64,000 nucleotides of DNA. It comes from Armatimonadota bacterium (GTDB taxonomy: Bacteria; Armatimonadota; SYMT01). Numbering within the stretch: position 1 is the stretch's first letter; each line of letters begins with the position of its first letter. This document shows, piece after piece, positions 21,301-30,164 of this stretch. The notes under the pieces are model-generated. The model did no database searches. It saw only the letters and a program-made list of their open reading frames with translations, and had not been told where the DNA came from. The stretch is from positions 64,001 to 128,000 of the forward strand of contig JBKBRF010000003.1 of NCBI GenBank assembly GCA_046292385.1, in the 5' to 3' direction. The position numbers and the translations under genes are program-made.

Positions 21301-22517
21301 ACGCGGGTGGGCCCTCGGCCTACACGGATGAGGTCCGCGTGGAGACCCTGTCGCCTCCGCCGCCGCCGGCGGCGCCGGAGGGGCTTGCCGCCGCGCCCCA
21401 GGGCTTCTTCCAGATCAACCTGCAGTGGCTGGACCGCAGCACCAACGAAGAGCAGTTCGAGATCGAGCGGCGCACGGCCGGCGGAGCGTTCGCGCGAGTG
21501 GCCACGGTGCCGGCGAACACCACGACCTTCGCCGACACGATGCTCCAGCCGGGCACCCTCTACTTCTACCGGGTGCGGGCGGTCAATGAGGGCGGAGAGT
21601 CGGCCTACTCCAACGTGGCGCAGGCTTCCACTGCCCCGCTGCCCCCGCCGCCCGCCGCGCCGGCCGGGCTGGATTGCGAGGTGCCTTCCACCTCGCAGGT
21701 CCGCCTCACCTGGCAGGACCGCAGCAACAACGAGGAGCGCTTCGTGATCCAGCGCCGGACCGGCACCGGAGCGTTCCAGCAGGTGGGGCAGGTCGCCGCC
21801 AACACCACCAGCTTCACCGACAGCGGGCTGGAGCCGAACACCCGGTACTTCTACCGGGTGGCGGCGGAGAACGCGGGCGGCACCTCCGCCTTCTCGGAGG
21901 TATGCGAGGCGCTGACGCTGCCTGCGGCCGCGACCAACCTGACCGGCGCCGCGCAGGGTCCGGACCGGATCGCGCTGATCTGGGTCGACAACAACCCCGG
22001 CAACGTGGCCTACCGGGTGGAGCGGTCGGAGGACGGCGGTGCCACCTTCCGCGTGGTCGGGGAGACCGCGCCGGGAGCGGTGACGTTCGAAGACACCGGG
22101 CTCCAGGAGGGGACCACCTACCGCTACCGGGTGCAGGCGGTGAACGCCTCCGGCACCTCCGGCTACTCCAACATCGTCTCGATCGCCACCCTGCCGCCGG
22201 CCGGCGGGAGCCTGCGGGTGGCCACACGGGTCAACTTCGGTCGCGTGCGGGTGGGGCGGAGCAAGACGGTTCGGCTGCTGGTGCGCAACGTCAGCCGCAG
22301 CGAGAGCCTTTCGATCTCGACGGAGCTGGAGGAGGGACCGTTCTCCGTGCTGGACGGCGGCACCGCGACGATCCCCCCGAACGGGCGCCACCGGATCACG
22401 CTCGTCTTCCGGCCGCAGACCCGCGGTCGCCAGCAGCGGACCCTCCTGCTCCGGAGCTCCGATCCGTCGCGCGCGGAGACCGCCGTCCGGCTTCGCGGGA
22501 ACGGCGTAAGACGCTGA
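18336..22517 (+). CDS. Secreted SBBP beta-propeller protein with six fibronectin type III domains and C-terminal ASH/Ig-like domain
   Basis: FERNRGQTD N-domain; repeated YSTYxGG...DAFVxK units; six AP.xL.A...LxWxDxS.NE.F.IER...YxYRVRAVN units; VNFGRVRVG...VRN...PFSV...FRP tail. Confidence 0.88.
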   Translation: MWISSLAAEAVRRGASRLLCGGLLIAAPLAAAGSAAQTSGAAGAPAPRPSLETPPVAFERNRGQTDPEARFVARGSGHTLYLTPREAVLQLRAGPPRREAPSAAPRPFSKVETATLRFSLAGGARSPRLTGVEPLPGTVRYVRRGEAAPITAETFAGVQYEEVYPGIDLHYYAAARQVEYDFVVAPGADPRRIQWRIEGARSASLERGDLLLRTAAGTLRHTRPVAYQEIAGAPRPIRCDYTLTSSRPGETRVSFRVGEYDRSRPLVIDPVVIFATPFGGTGQDTVNGVAVDRTGASYLTGQTASLDFPTRNPIQAEKSGVFGLFDAFVTKINPTGTSLVYSTYFGGTSDDSGQKIEVDAAGAAYVVGTTTSNDFPVTPRVADRSYNGLEDVFVLKLDPTGTDVEYSTYLGGSRSDVGLGIAVDANGLAHVVGSTESLNFPIGGRSFDRSQNGLSDAFLVRLSADGRTVDLGTFLGGDGFDVARGVALDADGAIYLAGGTDSLNFPTTSGAFDRTRGGIRDAFAAKLSRGGGSLVYSTFVGGSANDEAYDVAVTPAGVACLTGETRSLDFPTTSGGFDRTGNFPTRDAFVACLARNGASLTYGTYLGGVGDDVGTGIDLDPAGRLYVAGFTASVDFPLREPVDVENGGLYDAFAASFAPGATGTASLLYSTYFGGSADDAAFDVAVDENGSAYLAGETFSFDFPRVEPLQSALRGVRDGFLVKLAILPGLSAPRDLTATAVSATEVELNWVDQSAGESGFEIERRTETTGFTRIATTAANVERFRDTGLTPGVRYTYRVRAVGLRATSAYSNEASVETASGPPSAPDQLQAEAVSSTSISLTWRDTSANESGFRIERKTGNGSFTQVATVDANVTSYLDTGLSPGTRYTYRVRAVNAAGSSAFSNEASATTSSAPPPAPDRLAARALSSRRVELTWRDRSTNEESFEVERRLENGTFQRVAVLPPNTTRYEDQGLEPETVYFYRVRAVNAGGPSAYTDEVRVETLSPPPPPAAPEGLAAAPQGFFQINLQWLDRSTNEEQFEIERRTAGGAFARVATVPANTTTFADTMLQPGTLYFYRVRAVNEGGESAYSNVAQASTAPLPPPPAAPAGLDCEVPSTSQVRLTWQDRSNNEERFVIQRRTGTGAFQQVGQVAANTTSFTDSGLEPNTRYFYRVAAENAGGTSAFSEVCEALTLPAAATNLTGAAQGPDRIALIWVDNNPGNVAYRVERSEDGGATFRVVGETAPGAVTFEDTGLQEGTTYRYRVQAVNASGTSGYSNIVSIATLPPAGGSLRVATRVNFGRVRVGRSKTVRLLVRNVSRSESLSISTELEEGPFSVLDGGTATIPPNGRHRITLVFRPQTRGRQQRTLLLRSSDPSRAETAVRLRGNGVRR

Positions 22518-22989
22518 GTTCTGGAATTCTTTTGGAGACGCGTTATGAAGAAAATAGGGTGTCAAGGGGTCCGTGTCCGGTAAGTCTGGGCCTGTGCCGC
22601 GACCCGGTGAGTGGTCCGGAGCTCTCGCAGCCCGGAGGACCCCTCCCTCCCATGCGAGACCGTACTCCATGCGGAGCAACCGTACGGGGGCGGCGATCTC
22701 GGTACCCCGCCCGGGGCTGCCGCGGCACACTGCCGGCGGGCAGGTACGACTTCCGGAAGCCGAAAGAGCGGCGGCTAGGAGGAAGCGTGCTTGCCCGCCG
22801 GATGCGCGCGTACCACGGGTCCGGTGCCCCCGCTTTCGTCCGCAGACTTTCCGCACCGCTTGCAAGCTTAGACCGGGTATGCTTAGCATGGAAGCCTACT
22901 AGTGGCCTCTCTCCAGCCGAGCTCTGCACGATGGTAGTACGGGTCCCGGCGCCCGTGCCTGCCGGCGAAAGGCACAGGCCAGGGACCAG

Positions 22990-24672
22990 ATGAGATTTCA
23001 GCCCGAGGAGCTACTGGAGAGCATCAGCGAGGCTTTCTACGCGCTGGACTCCGAGGGGCGATTCACCTACGTCAACGGCCAGGCCGCGGAGCTGTGGCAG
23101 TGCTCCCCCGCCGACCTCCTGGGGAAGAGCATTCATGACGTGTTTCCGTCGCTCCGGGATTCCGAGGTGTATCAGGCCTACCAGGAAGCGCTGCAGGGTG
23201 GCGAGCCGGTCTCCCGGGAGTGCCCGTCCCCCACGCGGAAGGGCTGGATTGCGCTGACCGTCCGGCCGCACGCGGAAGGGCTGATGGTCTTCTTCCGGGA
23301 CATCGCCGGGCCTCGCCAGATGGCCGCGGACCTGCAGGAGCACGTGGAGCGGCTGAAGCAGCTGAACTCGCTCTGCCGGGAAGGCGTGATCGTCCACAAC
23401 GACCACCAGGTCCTCGACGTGAACGAGAGCTTCCTGCGGATGCTCGGCTTCAGCTACGAGGAGGCGCTGGGGCTCCGGGACCTTGGCTTCGTAGCGCCCG
23501 AGTGCCGGCAGGAGGTGGCGGAGCGGGTGCGGACCGACTTCGAGGGAGCCTACGAGACGATCGCCGTGCGCAAGGATGGCAGCCGTATCCCGGTGGAGGT
23601 GCACAGCCGGCGCTGCGTCTTCCACGGCGAGCCGGCGCGGGTAACGACCCTCTGGAATCTCTCCACCGTCCGCCAGGCGGAACAGGAGCGGCTGCGGCTG
23701 ATGGCACAGCTCGAGGCGGTGCTGGAGCAGCTTCCCGCGGGAGTGATCATCACCGATCCGGTGGGCGGCATCCTGCGGGCCAACGAATTCGCCCTCCGCC
23801 TCTTCGGGGCCGAGTTCCGGTATTCCCGCTCCGTGGAAGAGTACGAGGAGTGGCACCCCCACCGGGCGGACGGCACCCCCTATCGCCCGGAGGAAGTGCC
23901 GATCGCCCGCGCGCTCCGGACCGGTGAGATCGTCGCCGGCGAGGAGATGCGGATCCCACTCGCCGACGGCTCCTGGCGGCACCTGAGCATCAACGCCGCC
24001 CCGATCCGGGATGCCAGGGGGGAGATCGTGGCGGGCGTGATCACCATCGACGACCTTTCCGAGCGCAAGCACGCGGAGCAGTTGGAGCTGGCGATCCGGG
24101 AAGCGCACCACCGGATCAAGAACAACCTGCAGGCGATTACCGACCTGCTCTCCCTGGAGCTCTTCTCCGCCCGCACGCGGGAAGTCGCCGACCCGCTGCG
24201 AGAGAGCATGGAGCGCGTGCAGGCGATTGCAGTGGTCCACGACCTCCTCTCCCGGGAGAACGTGGAGATGGTGAACGTCCCGCAGCTCGCGGAGAAGCTG
24301 ATCCGGTCGCTCGTGCCGACCAATCTGCCCGGCGGGCCGGTGGAGGTGCTCATCGAGATTCCGCCGCTGGAGCTCCCCTCCCGCCAGGCGACGGCGCTGG
24401 CGCTGATCCTGAACGAGCTCCTGAGCAACGCCTTCAAGTACGCGCTCTCCGGCGGGCGGCGAGAGCTCGTCGTCCGGCTCACCGTCACGCGCGAGGAGAT
24501 CTGCCTGATGGTCCGCGACTACGGCCCGGGCCTGCCGCCCGGCTTCGACCTGGAGCGCCACGCCGACGTGGGGCTCCAGATGGTCCAGGGGTTGACGGAG
24601 AGCAACCTGGGCGGGACCCTGGCTCTCCAGAGTCGCGACGGGCTCATCGCAGAAGTCCGCTTTCCCCGCTGA
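22990..24672 (+). CDS. Cytoplasmic PAS-domain sensor histidine kinase (HisKA_2 type)
   Basis: Three PAS-like domains; H-box EAHHRIKNNLQ; N-box LNELLSNAFKY; G-box VRDYGPGLP. Confidence 0.92.
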   Translation: MRFQPEELLESISEAFYALDSEGRFTYVNGQAAELWQCSPADLLGKSIHDVFPSLRDSEVYQAYQEALQGGEPVSRECPSPTRKGWIALTVRPHAEGLMVFFRDIAGPRQMAADLQEHVERLKQLNSLCREGVIVHNDHQVLDVNESFLRMLGFSYEEALGLRDLGFVAPECRQEVAERVRTDFEGAYETIAVRKDGSRIPVEVHSRRCVFHGEPARVTTLWNLSTVRQAEQERLRLMAQLEAVLEQLPAGVIITDPVGGILRANEFALRLFGAEFRYSRSVEEYEEWHPHRADGTPYRPEEVPIARALRTGEIVAGEEMRIPLADGSWRHLSINAAPIRDARGEIVAGVITIDDLSERKHAEQLELAIREAHHRIKNNLQAITDLLSLELFSARTREVADPLRESMERVQAIAVVHDLLSRENVEMVNVPQLAEKLIRSLVPTNLPGGPVEVLIEIPPLELPSRQATALALILNELLSNAFKYALSGGRRELVVRLTVTREEICLMVRDYGPGLPPGFDLERHADVGLQMVQGLTESNLGGTLALQSRDGLIAEVRFPR

Positions 24673-24781
24673 AGGGCTAGGGTGGGCGCCTTGAAGACCG
24701 CCTCCGGCCGGCCGGACGCAGAAAACGCACGGAGCGATGCCCCGTGCGCCTCACGCGTCTCCCGTTTCCTCTGGGGGGTGG

Positions 24782-24976
24782 TCAGTCGGTAAACTCCCCA
24801 CCTTCCCGCGCCCGCTGGCGGATCAGCGCCCGCAGCAAGATCCCCAGCTCATACTCGCTCAGCCCCAGCGCGTGCCCTGCGGCCTCGGTCCGGGTCTGCC
24901 CCCTCAGGACCTCTTCCAGCAGCGGCTCCAGGTGTCCTGGCACTCGCAGGTCCGCCCGTCCTTCTTCCCCCGTCAT
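24782..24976 (-). CDS. Small hypothetical protein, possible HTH
   Basis: AGGTGA RBS-like sequence before ATG 24976; TRTEAAGHALGLSEYELGILL resembles a helix-turn-helix. Confidence 0.45.
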   Translation of the reverse strand: MTGEEGRADLRVPGHLEPLLEEVLRGQTRTEAAGHALGLSEYELGILLRALIRQRAREGGEFTD

Positions 24977-25406
24977 CCCGTCACCTACCGTTTCTGAAGG
25001 GTGGTAGAGGCAAGCCAGCGCCCACCGCGCTTCCTTCAGACACCGCGGGCGCGGGTCGCTGCCCGCGCCACCTTGCTTTGTTTCTTCTCGCCGCTGCGAA
25101 AGCAGCATACGGCGAATTGTGCCCGCTACCCGGCCGGCCCAAACGCGTCAGGATTCCCGCCGAGGCCGCGGGAAGCCGGCGGCCTGCGAACGGATGGGAG
25201 CAACATTCCGCCTAGCGGCGTGCGTCCTCAGAATTCCCGGCTTTCACCATCTCGCGCGGGTAGTTCCACGGTTTTCTGCACAACACCGTCGCTCCGAGGA
25301 AGGGAGGACGCACCGCGCCTCGAATGTAAATCGTACTATTCTAATGGGCTCTCTTGTTTAGACGTACACATAACTCGCAGCCGCTGGGTATCGAAGTAAC
25401 TGTCCC

Positions 25407-27215
25407 ATGCGTCGCCACGATGCGATCTCTGCCTCCGGCACTTCCGCGGGACTCTCTCTCCTCGTCCTGCGGGTCACGCGCTCGCTCCGAGCGCTCTGCT
25501 CCCACGCGTCAGTCGCCCTAGCGGCGCTGACGGCCGCGTCTGCAGGCTGCACGCCGGCCACCCCACCCTCGGCCCTCCAGCCGGTCCGTCTCGTCGAGCC
25601 CGTGCCACCCGCGTCGATCCGGTTCGAACGGATCACCGCCGCCGCGGGTCTACAGTTCCGGCACGAAGACGGCGGCACGGGGCAGAAGTACTTCGTGGAG
25701 GTGATGGGACCGGGCTGCGCGCTGTTCGATTACGATGGTGACGGCTGGCTGGATGCGTATCTGGTGAACGGCGGGGTTCTCCCCGGATTCAAAGGCGGCC
25801 GCCCGAAGAACCGCCTCTACCGGAACAACCAGGACGGCACCTTTTCCGAGGTGACCGCCAGGGCAGGAGTGGAGGGGACCGGATACGGCATCGGCTGCTG
25901 CGCCGGTGATTACGACAACGACGGACACACCGATCTCTACGTCACCCAGTTCGGCGCGGCGAACGTGCTCTACCGGAACAACGGGGACGGGACCTTTACG
26001 GACGTGACGCGGCCGGCCGGCGTCACGGCGGGCGGGTTCAGCAGCGGTGCGGCGTTCGGAGACTACGACGCGGACGGCGACCTCGATCTGTACGTGGCGC
26101 GGTACGTGGAGTACGACCCTCTGACCAGCCCTCGCTGTTCCGGCCGTCTCGACGGCCAGCCGCAGCCGATTTACTGTATGCCGACTGCCTACGAAGGCGC
26201 CTCCGGCATTCTCTACCGCAACGAGGGAGACGGCCGTTTTCACGACGTGACGAAAGCGGCCGGGATGGCCGTCAGCCCCGGCCGCAGCCTCGGCTGCCGC
26301 TGGGTCGACCTGGACGCGGACGGCGCGCTCGATCTCTACGTTGCCAACGACATGTCGGAGAACTTCCTCTTCCGGAACCTCGGCGGCGGGAAGTTCCGGG
26401 AGACCGCCTTCGAGGCCGGCGCCGCCGTCAGCAGCTCCGGGCGGTCCCAGGCCGGGATGGGGGTCGCGGCCGGCGACTGCGACGGAGACGGCCGCTTCGA
26501 CCTCTTCGTCACCAACTTTACCGGGGAGTACACGGCCCTGTACCACAACGACGGCGCCGGCTTCTTCCAGGAGACTTCCGCCACGGCCGGACTGATCGAG
26601 CCGACCCGCTCCGGCACCGGCTTCGGAGTGGCGCTAGAGGATCTGGATCTCGACGGCTGGCCGGATCTCTTCATCGTCAACGGGCACGTGACGGAAGACG
26701 TGGAGCGGTTCTACACCGGCGTTAGCCTGGCCCAGCCCAACGTGGTGCTCCGGAACCGGCAAGGAGCCGGGTTCGAGCCGGTGGCAGATCCCGGTCCGGA
26801 AGTCCTGACCCCACGCGTGCACCGAGGGCTGGCAGTGGGGGACATCGACAACGACGGCCGGATCGACGCGCTCGTCAGCAACTGGCGCGGCGAGCCGGAT
26901 CTCTTTCGGAACACCGGCGAGCTTCCGCACCACTACCTCACCCTGAAGCTGCGCGGAACCCGCTCCAACCGCGATGCGATTGGAGCACGGGTCACGGTCA
27001 CCGCGGGAGGGCGAGAGCAGGTGCGGGAGGTGGCGAGCGGGGGCAGCTACTGCTCTCAGGGTGACTTCCGCCTGACGTTCGGTCTCGGTTTGCACGAAAC
27101 GGCGGACCGGGTGGTGGTCCGCTGGCCGAATGGCCGCACGGAGGCACGCACCCGTCTGCAGGGCGATCGGATCGTTACCTGGACGGAGGGCGAGGCCGAG
27201 GAGGTACGCCAGTGA
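25407..27215 (+). CDS. CRTAC1-family protein (FG-GAP repeats plus ASPIC/UnbV domain)
   Basis: Repeated DYDxDGxxDLYV motifs, NRLYRN, C-terminal SNRDAIGARV...SGGSYCSQ...FGLG...WP; true start may be downstream. Confidence 0.9.
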   Translation: MRRHDAISASGTSAGLSLLVLRVTRSLRALCSHASVALAALTAASAGCTPATPPSALQPVRLVEPVPPASIRFERITAAAGLQFRHEDGGTGQKYFVEVMGPGCALFDYDGDGWLDAYLVNGGVLPGFKGGRPKNRLYRNNQDGTFSEVTARAGVEGTGYGIGCCAGDYDNDGHTDLYVTQFGAANVLYRNNGDGTFTDVTRPAGVTAGGFSSGAAFGDYDADGDLDLYVARYVEYDPLTSPRCSGRLDGQPQPIYCMPTAYEGASGILYRNEGDGRFHDVTKAAGMAVSPGRSLGCRWVDLDADGALDLYVANDMSENFLFRNLGGGKFRETAFEAGAAVSSSGRSQAGMGVAAGDCDGDGRFDLFVTNFTGEYTALYHNDGAGFFQETSATAGLIEPTRSGTGFGVALEDLDLDGWPDLFIVNGHVTEDVERFYTGVSLAQPNVVLRNRQGAGFEPVADPGPEVLTPRVHRGLAVGDIDNDGRIDALVSNWRGEPDLFRNTGELPHHYLTLKLRGTRSNRDAIGARVTVTAGGREQVREVASGGSYCSQGDFRLTFGLGLHETADRVVVRWPNGRTEARTRLQGDRIVTWTEGEAEEVRQ

Positions 27216-27880
27216 TGCTGCGGAGAGTACGACCGGAAATGTGGCTCCTGGGAATTCTGGTAGTGATCGGGAGCGTCTTGGGCGGCGACATCCTGCTGCG
27301 GACGATGCCGCGCGCCCCCGCGAGCCCGGCGGGTCTGGTCGAGGCGACGGGCGCCGCGGCACGGTCGGGTCAGGCCGGCGTCCCGGAGATCACCAGGCCA
27401 GTGGGCAAGGGACTTCCGATCGGCTCGCTTGCCCCCGATTTTGAGCTGCCGGACCTGCAGGGTAAGGCGCATCATCTTTCGGAATTCCGGGGCAAGCCGG
27501 TGTTGATGGCATTCTACTGCGGCTGCGCCCGCTGCAATATGCTCGCGCAGATCCTGAGCACGGTGCTGGAAGAGATTCCGGGTGAGAAGCCGCACAACTT
27601 GGTCGTGACCTCCATCGATCCGGCCGCGCTGCCGCGCTGGTCGGAGAACGCCGGATTCGATGGCACGTTCCTGCTGGAGAAGCGGAACGGTTCGGTGGCG
27701 ACCCAATACGACGGCGAGGCGTGCCCGCGGGTCTACGTGCTCGACAAAGAGCTGCGGGTCCGGCATGTCACCCCCTCACCCGAGCTCGAGGCGGGCGCAC
27801 AGATGATCCTGAACCCGCTGGCGAAGGCGCTCGGCTCCAAATGGAGGGTCAAAGGCCAGGCTCCCGGCGCGCCGGTGTGA
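27212..27880 (+). CDS. Membrane-anchored redoxin (AhpC/TSA, TlpA-like) domain protein
   Basis: N-terminal TM; GSLAPDFELPDLQGK.HHLSEFRGKPVLMAFYCGCARC; start overlaps upstream stop. Confidence 0.8.
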   Translation: MMLRRVRPEMWLLGILVVIGSVLGGDILLRTMPRAPASPAGLVEATGAAARSGQAGVPEITRPVGKGLPIGSLAPDFELPDLQGKAHHLSEFRGKPVLMAFYCGCARCNMLAQILSTVLEEIPGEKPHNLVVTSIDPAALPRWSENAGFDGTFLLEKRNGSVATQYDGEACPRVYVLDKELRVRHVTPSPELEAGAQMILNPLAKALGSKWRVKGQAPGAPV

Positions 27881-28000
27881 CCGGGGGTGCCGCTTGAAGT
27901 GCGGGCAGGGACGCGGACCCGGCGGGTGGACCCGGGGCAAGCGGCTGATGCGCTCGCCCCGGCTTCGGCAGAGGGTCTCTCGGCAGCAGCACGTGGGCCG

Positions 28001-28546
28001 CTAATAGAGCGAGAGGTCTTGCGGGCGCTCGTCGTCCAGAACCTCGGGGAGGGCCGTGATGCGCGGGCCGCCGTCCCGCCGCTCCACGCGGAACACCCCC
28101 CACTTGTCATTGGCAAACTGCACCACCGCACTGTAGAAGACCTGGTCGCCGCGGCGGCGCATCTCCAGGTCGATCTGCTTTGGATCTCCCGGGGGGACCA
28201 GGTCTTCCGGAGCGGCCGAACGCTGGCCGTTGAGCGTTTGATAGCGGATCGTCTCCACGTGACCGTTAGACGTCTTTTCCAGGGTGAACTGGTTTCGCGC
28301 GAGGGTCGTTTCGAGAGAGGCATTCTCTTTGGCATGGGCGCTTCGGATGAATTCCCGCACGACCTGTTTAGGGCTCTCCTGATCCCAGCCATGCAAGGCG
28401 ACGTAACCTGTAATCTCTTCGTTCCAGTAGGCAAACGCGCCTACTCCCACGGCGAGCACTACCGCCAGCAGCACGGCCGCGGGGGATACACCACGGGCCC
28501 GTGTCGGAGCGACAGCGACTTCAGTCTCATTCGGAGGGTTCTGCAT
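28001..28546 (-). CDS. Hypothetical single-pass membrane protein
   Basis: AAGGAG RBS before ATG 28546; one N-terminal TM followed by a soluble domain. Confidence 0.7.
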   Translation of the reverse strand: MQNPPNETEVAVAPTRARGVSPAAVLLAVVLAVGVGAFAYWNEEITGYVALHGWDQESPKQVVREFIRSAHAKENASLETTLARNQFTLEKTSNGHVETIRYQTLNGQRSAAPEDLVPPGDPKQIDLEMRRRGDQVFYSAVVQFANDKWGVFRVERRDGGPRITALPEVLDDERPQDLSLY

Positions 28547-28889
28547 CGGATCACTCCTTTTCGCAACTCGAGTTTTCAGACCCACTCGGCAGGAAACCGC
28601 GTTCACGCCGGTGGAACGACTGCTTGAGTGAGCTGGATTTCCACACGCCGAACGGTCGCTTGGTTAAGAATAACAATCCACGGATTCGACTGCCGCGGAC
28701 GCGGCCTTATCGAGTTGAGATTGCTCCTGAAAACAGAGTGCCAGTGATCTGGAACTTTCCAGGACTCCGGTTATTCAAGCGTTACTTCAGTGGGAAACGA
28801 TCTCCTTCTAAAGTCTTTCTGAAGCCCTTTTCCGGCTGGGATGATTCACGCCGCGAAGGCCTATCGCTCCACCCGTTTAGGAGAAGGTT

Positions 28890-30164
28890 GTGATTGCACG
28901 TGACACCACCGTACGCGAAGGGAAGCGTGCTGCACGACGCCTGGGACTGGTAGTGCTGATCGGAGCCGCCCTGATTGGTGGGGCAATCGTGCTGCGCAGC
29001 CAGGCTCCACGTACGGTTGTCCCTCCAGCGCTGGCGTCGGTGGCCGTGACAGCACCCGCCTCGCCGAACGACGAGCTGGCGCTGCTGGAGTACCGCGCGA
29101 TGGTGGCGCCGAAGAATGCCGGCGTGGCGCTCGCGCTCGGTCAGGAGTACGCGGAGCTGAACCGCCTGCCGGAGGCGCTCGCGCAGTTCCAGCGCGCTTC
29201 GCGGGTCGCCCCGGGCTTGCTCCCCGCCCGCGTGGGACAGGGGCAGGTCTGGCTGCGGCTTCAGCGCCCGGGCCGTGCCGTCGAGCACTTCGAGTGGGCC
29301 GTGCGGCGCCTCCCCGAGCATGCCGAGCTCCGTCTGGAGCTGGGGGCCGCCTATCTTTCCCTGCGGGACGCGAACAGCGGACTGCGCCACCTGCGAGAGG
29401 CGGTAAAGCTCACCCCCGAGAGTCCGGAGGCCTACCGGGCGCTGGCGAGCGGATACCTGGCAATCTTTAGCTACGAGCGGGCTACGGAAGCGGCGCAGCG
29501 AGCGGTGGAGCTGGAGCCGGAGGTGGTGGAGAACTGGTCGGTGCTCGGGAGCGTGCACCTGAACAACGACCGGTTCCCCGAGGCGGAGCAAGCGCTGCGG
29601 CGGGCGCTGCAGCTCAAACCGGAAGACCCGACCGCCAACGTGCTCCTGGCGCGTACTCTGGCCGGGGCCGACCCCACCCCCGCCTCCGATCGCGAAATCC
29701 AGGCCCTGCTGGCGCGGGCGCTCACGACCGATCCGTTCCACGCCGAGGCGCTGCAGCTCCTCGGGCGCCACTACCTCGAGCAGGATCAGCTCGATCTCGC
29801 GGCGGCGACCCTGCGACGCGCGCGCGAGCGCTATCCGGAGGTCCCGCAGGTCACACTGCTGCTCGGACAGGCACTCGTGCGCCGTGGGGATGCCGAGGAA
29901 GGCCGGCGGCTGATCGCGGCCGCACAGGCGCAGATCGACCAGACCGTCGACTTCCGCGGGCTCGAGTTCCAGGCGGCGCGCAACCCGAATCCGAACGTAC
30001 AGATGCGGCTCGCCCGCATGTACATGCAGCAGCGCTACTACGACAGCGCCGTCCACCTGCTGCGCAAGGCGCTCCGCCAGACGCCCGACGATCCGGCCCT
30101 CAAGCAGACGTACCAGGAAGCCCTGGCCGGAGCTACTCAAGGCGAATCGGGGGTGAAGCCATGA
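28890..30164 (+). CDS. Membrane-anchored TPR protein
   Basis: N-terminal TM; many TPR units (LG.xY...A...F.RA...P); AGGAG upstream. Confidence 0.85.
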   Translation: MIARDTTVREGKRAARRLGLVVLIGAALIGGAIVLRSQAPRTVVPPALASVAVTAPASPNDELALLEYRAMVAPKNAGVALALGQEYAELNRLPEALAQFQRASRVAPGLLPARVGQGQVWLRLQRPGRAVEHFEWAVRRLPEHAELRLELGAAYLSLRDANSGLRHLREAVKLTPESPEAYRALASGYLAIFSYERATEAAQRAVELEPEVVENWSVLGSVHLNNDRFPEAEQALRRALQLKPEDPTANVLLARTLAGADPTPASDREIQALLARALTTDPFHAEALQLLGRHYLEQDQLDLAAATLRRARERYPEVPQVTLLLGQALVRRGDAEEGRRLIAAAQAQIDQTVDFRGLEFQAARNPNPNVQMRLARMYMQQRYYDSAVHLLRKALRQTPDDPALKQTYQEALAGATQGESGVKP

